The notes below the pieces were generated by a model that was not told the DNA's origin, made no database searches, and saw nothing but the letters and a program-made list of their open reading frames with translations. Below are positions 24,697 to 27,881 of a DNA stretch of 27,881 bases, one piece after another. Within the stretch, counting starts at the first letter, position 1. Every line of letters starts with the position of its first letter. A program made the translations under genes and the position numbers. Where the stretch lies: positions 1,712-29,592 of the forward strand of contig JBBIPC010000028.1 in the NCBI GenBank assembly GCA_037443035.1, in the 5' to 3' direction. The stretch is from Chthonomonadales bacterium. GTDB taxonomy: Bacteria; Armatimonadota; Chthonomonadetes; Chthonomonadales; CAJBBX01.

Positions 24697-26010
24697 CTAT
24701 CGCAGGCTCACGCAAGCCAGCGCTTTGCGGTTGCGAATGAAGAGCTTGCCCTGCGCAATGATCGGCGGGCTCCAGCTCTGACCGCCGAGCGGGACGAAGC
24801 GTCCCAGCTCCTCGTATCGTTCCGGATTCAACCGGACCATGACGACATCTCCAGCAGCACCGTTGACAGCAAGAAGAACGCCATCCACTGCCACGACACC
24901 GCCCTTCTCGAAACCGGATTGCCGCCATCGCACGGACCCGTCTCGAGGGTCCAAACAGATGAGGTGGCCGGGATCGCCTATGCCGTATAGGAAACCCTCA
25001 TATAGCACCGGGGTGTTCATGTGTGCCTGCAACGCCTTGTTCCGCCACCGCTCTTTCACCCCTTCGTTAGTGATATCGTAGAGCGCACACCCCATGCCGT
25101 ACGCGCTCGTCACGAAGACGCTGTTGCCGATGACGATGGGGCAAGCTACGTTCGTGCCGTCAGTGGTCGCCCACGGTATACGCCACAGGACCTTGCCTGT
25201 GCCGTCTTCGGCGCCAACGAATCCTGTCCAGACGGTCATGACGTACTGGCGCTTGCCGGCCAACGTGGCAGGCACGGGCATTCCGTAGCCTCCAGCGTCT
25301 CCTTCACCGCCCTGCCAGATGACCTTGCCGGTCGCTGGATCGAGAGCTGCTATGGATGCGGGCTTGCCGCCGGGCCAGACGATGAGCTTGCCCTCGTAAA
25401 GCAGCGGCGGAGATGCATACCCCCAGCAGGGCGCTGTGCCACCGAAATCATGCACTAGGTGCTGCTTCCACACCAGCGTACCGCGCATGGCATCCAGGCA
25501 GTGCAGATCGCCCTCACGGCTCAGAGTGTAGACGCGGCCCTGTCCAACAGTTGGCGTAGTTCGGCAGAAGCCATAGAGGTTCCGCGTAGCTTCCGTGCGA
25601 ACGTACTTCCACTGCGAGCTTTCCAGCCTGTAGGCAAAGCGCCAGCGCTCTGCGCCGCTGTTGACATCCAGCGCCCGCACCACGTCGTCCGACCCGGCAT
25701 GATCCACGATGTAGACCAGCCCATTCGCCACCGCCGGTCCTCCATAGCCGTCGTCCGACAGGCTCACCTTCCATAGAACCGCGGGTGGCCTCGTGGACCA
25801 GTCTTTCCGGATCCCCTTCTCTGGCGACAAGCCATCGAGCATCGGACCGCGGAACTGGGGCCAATCGTTGCCTCTTGCAGCGCCGGCACGGGCTGCTCTC
25901 TGGTCCCCCAGAGTACGGGCGCTACGCGTGGGTAGACCGTCCACTAAAGAGACCGTCCACACTAGTGCGACCGCGAGCGTCATTATCGCGGTGGGTCTTC
26001 TCGATGTCAC
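24697..26010 (-). CDS. Secreted PQQ-binding-like (BamB-like) beta-propeller protein
   Basis: DWPQFRGP N-terminal motif, repeated ALD..SG.ERW and CLD...G..VW blades, and C-terminal WSPPIIAQGKLFIRN. Start uncertain (GTG 26010, ATG 25983 or 26040). Confidence 0.85.
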   Translation of the reverse strand: MTSRRPTAIMTLAVALVWTVSLVDGLPTRSARTLGDQRAARAGAARGNDWPQFRGPMLDGLSPEKGIRKDWSTRPPAVLWKVSLSDDGYGGPAVANGLVYIVDHAGSDDVVRALDVNSGAERWRFAYRLESSQWKYVRTEATRNLYGFCRTTPTVGQGRVYTLSREGDLHCLDAMRGTLVWKQHLVHDFGGTAPCWGYASPPLLYEGKLIVWPGGKPASIAALDPATGKVIWQGGEGDAGGYGMPVPATLAGKRQYVMTVWTGFVGAEDGTGKVLWRIPWATTDGTNVACPIVIGNSVFVTSAYGMGCALYDITNEGVKERWRNKALQAHMNTPVLYEGFLYGIGDPGHLICLDPRDGSVRWRQSGFEKGGVVAVDGVLLAVNGAAGDVVMVRLNPERYEELGRFVPLGGQSWSPPIIAQGKLFIRNRKALACVSLR

Positions 26011-26175
26011 CTGGCAATGCCCCCCGACCAACAAGGACATGATGGCGTAGTCCGATTCGGCGCGTCCCGGCTGCGCTGAAGTGGTGGTCTACGGCGATCC
26101 GACCCTGTGCCGTATCGTCGTTGCTCATGGGCAAGGTTACCCTATGAAGCCATCGCGGTGCGTCCCTAAGCGACG

Positions 26176-26205
26176 TTGACATTCTGGCTTCCGCAACCGT
26201 ATAAT
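26176..26205 (+). promoter_or_regulatory. Consensus sigma-70 promoter TTGACA-N18-TATAAT
   Basis: TTGACA at 26176-26181, an 18-nt spacer, and TATAAT at 26200-26205, upstream of the RCC1 gene. Confidence 0.85.
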
Positions 26206-26323
26206 CCTAACAACAGGCGTTCCTTGATACCTTGGGGGGCACCGAGTAGCAGAAGCCAGCCCTCGCGGATCATGGGACCGCCGGGATTGGTCCAGACGGA
26301 CCTGAAGCTACGGAGGTGTGCGC

Positions 26324-27881
26324 ATGCAGCATCATGTGCGGGCACGGGTCGTGGTAGGTCTGGCTGCGTGCCTACTCTTGTCAATCCCCAGTAACGCCTC
26401 TATCCCCTGGGGCTGGGGTACCAACTACTTCGGTGAGATTGGCGACGGATCCATGACTACCCCTCGCCTGTCACCTGTCGAAGTCACGTCGCTCCACGCC
26501 GTGGTCGCTATCGCTGCAGGCGAGGAGCATAGCGTCGCCCTCGATGTTAATGGCAACGTCTGGTGCTGGGGCTGGAACTACGCCGGGCAAATCGGCGATG
26601 GAACCCAGACCGACCGTGCGCTGCCCACCAGAGTTACCGACCTCGCGGCTTGCGTGGCAGTTGGCGCTGGGAGTAACCATACGCTGGCCGTAGCGGGGAA
26701 CGGTACGGCATGGGCGTGGGGGCGGAACAACCAAGGGCAACTCGGCGACGGGACAACGACCAATCGAACGCGTCCCGTCCAGGTTTCCGGCCTATCGGAT
26801 GTTGTGGCTGTCGCAGGTGGTACCGGCCATAGCCTTGCGCTAAAAGCAGACGGCACCGTGTGGGCCTGGGGCGAGAATGGCCTGGGCCAGCTCGGCGATG
26901 GCACGAACACGGACCGACGGACACCTGTTCAGGTACAGGGTCTGACTAACGTTGTGCGGATCGCTGCCGGCGACAACACAAGTGCGGCCATTCGGTCCGA
27001 CGGGACCCTCTGGACATGGGGCAACGGACCCCTCGGCGATGGAACGCTCCACCACTCCAATACGCCCATCCAGATTCCAGGTCTGGCGAACGTGGCGGAC
27101 GTGGCCCTTGGTGGCTACCACGGCATTGCGGCGCTGCAGAATGGTACGGTCTGGACCTGGGGTCTGAACGACTACGGACAGATCGGCGACGGTACGACTA
27201 CGGATCGGCTCTCCCCGGTGCAGGTTGCGGGCCTGGCGGACGCTGTGGACGTTGGGGCCGGCCTCTACCATAGCCTCGCGCTTAGAGCGAACGGAACAGC
27301 GTTCTCTTGGGGCCGCAACAACGTCGGCCAACTCGGCGACGGAACCATGGTGGACCGCCTGTCGCCGGTGCAGGTCCTTGGGCTTGTGGGCGGGGTGGCC
27401 GCGGCTGCGGGGCTGTCCCACAACTTCGTTCTGGTTCGTTCTCCCTCAGCGCTGTATGTACCGGATCGCACCGGCACGCAGACGGAGACAGTCACCTTGC
27501 GGGCCTACCTGCGTCGCCTCATTGACAATGCCTGGCTCCCAAATGAGACCGTTGGATTCGCCATAGATGGTACAGAGGTTGGCTCCGCGGTTACAGACAG
27601 CAACGGCCGAGCACAGTACGATTGGGTGATCATTGACGGACCTCCATTCCGCACCATCGGCGCCACCTTCGTTGGCGACCCGGATTACCTGCCATCGAGT
27701 GGCAACGGCACGCTCATTTGCCAGACCTGGACCACCAAGATGGCCACGTTCGACCGGACACAGAGGATCAGTGGGCGGACAGAGCTGAAGGCAAGGCTGG
27801 TGAGGAGCGACAACGTGCCGCTATATAACAAGACGATCAACTTCTACGTGGACGGGACGTTCGTCATCGCCCGCCCGACCA
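26324..27881 (+). CDS. Secreted RCC1-repeat (BLIP-II-like) seven-bladed propeller followed by Ig-like domains (partial, runs off the window)
   Basis: Not in the ORF track because it has no stop in the window. GGAGGT RBS, ATG 26324 and signal peptide MQHHVRARVVVGLAACLLLSIPSNA. I translated the frame by hand to the window end without a stop. Confidence 0.92.
   Translation, partial: MQHHVRARVVVGLAACLLLSIPSNASIPWGWGTNYFGEIGDGSMTTPRLSPVEVTSLHAVVAIAAGEEHSVALDVNGNVWCWGWNYAGQIGDGTQTDRALPTRVTDLAACVAVGAGSNHTLAVAGNGTAWAWGRNNQGQLGDGTTTNRTRPVQVSGLSDVVAVAGGTGHSLALKADGTVWAWGENGLGQLGDGTNTDRRTPVQVQGLTNVVRIAAGDNTSAAIRSDGTLWTWGNGPLGDGTLHHSNTPIQIPGLANVADVALGGYHGIAALQNGTVWTWGLNDYGQIGDGTTTDRLSPVQVAGLADAVDVGAGLYHSLALRANGTAFSWGRNNVGQLGDGTMVDRLSPVQVLGLVGGVAAAAGLSHNFVLVRSPSALYVPDRTGTQTETVTLRAYLRRLIDNAWLPNETVGFAIDGTEVGSAVTDSNGRAQYDWVIIDGPPFRTIGATFVGDPDYLPSSGNGTLICQTWTTKMATFDRTQRISGRTELKARLVRSDNVPLYNKTINFYVDGTFVIARPT
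26408..27435 (+). repeat. Seven roughly 150-nt coding repeats (RCC1 blades)
   Basis: WGWGTNYFGEIGDG, WCWGWNYAGQIGDG, WAWGRNNQGQLGDG, WAWGENGLGQLGDG, WTWGNGPLGDG, WTWGLNDYGQIGDG and FSWGRNNVGQLGDG at about 50-aa spacing. Confidence 0.9.

Noticed and set aside
24662..24928. Cys-rich N-terminal extension (SSCCQRCCWRC) of the lipoprotein ORF as a metal-binding or RiPP-like peptide
   Set aside because: It lies mostly in an alternative frame of the PQQ-like gene. The RBS and lipobox place the real start at 24661.
26408..27435. Periodic GGCGACGG/GGCGATGG repeats as a CRISPR array or DGR repeats
   Set aside because: They are degenerate in-frame codons of the RCC1 GDG motif at about 150-nt spacing. 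There are no identical repeats with spacers, no cas genes and no reverse transcriptase.
179..27566. Many long overlapping alternative-frame and antisense ORFs in the track (for example 179-802, 3686-4600, 4430-5338, 9024-9803, 14048-14920, 26840-27421)
   Set aside because: They are Arg/Pro/Ala-rich, lack motifs and overlap well-supported genes, as expected from the scarcity of stop codons in high-GC DNA.

Overview
GC-rich (roughly 60-65% by eye), gene-dense bacterial chromosomal segment. It has about 22 complete CDSs plus two partial ones at the edges. I see no rRNA, tRNA, CRISPR array, transposase, integrase or phage gene. The gene set (DUF6785/DUF6784-type membrane protein, several secreted unclassified glycosidase-like proteins, PQQ-like and RCC1 propellers) suggests a diderm polysaccharide user such as Armatimonadota, but this is inference only. 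Order: Lys-rich protein tail; ECF sigma / zinc anti-sigma / MucB-RseB operon with a candidate autoregulatory ECF promoter; secreted GH-like protein; beta-propeller plus di-heme cytochrome c peroxidase-like protein; SGNH esterase; large secreted GH-like protein; orphan histidine kinase; DUF6785-like transporter with a coupled upstream exported protein; MFS; DinB; a minus-strand run of araB, araD, a fucose/arabinose-isomerase-family gene, a secreted nucleoside hydrolase and udk; a stand-alone truncated VirB11/TadA-like ATPase; TIM-barrel sugar isomerase; beta-hydroxyacid dehydrogenase; lipoprotein; PQQ-like propeller. The window ends in an RCC1-repeat plus Ig-like secreted protein that is missing from the ORF track. 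That gene sits behind a perfect TTGACA-N18-TATAAT promoter and a structured 5' leader. No single new system is proven. The best leads are the ara/nucleoside operon with a non-canonical isomerase, the orphan secretion-type ATPase, the candidate regulatory RNA leader, and the unclassified secreted enzymes around the di-heme protein.
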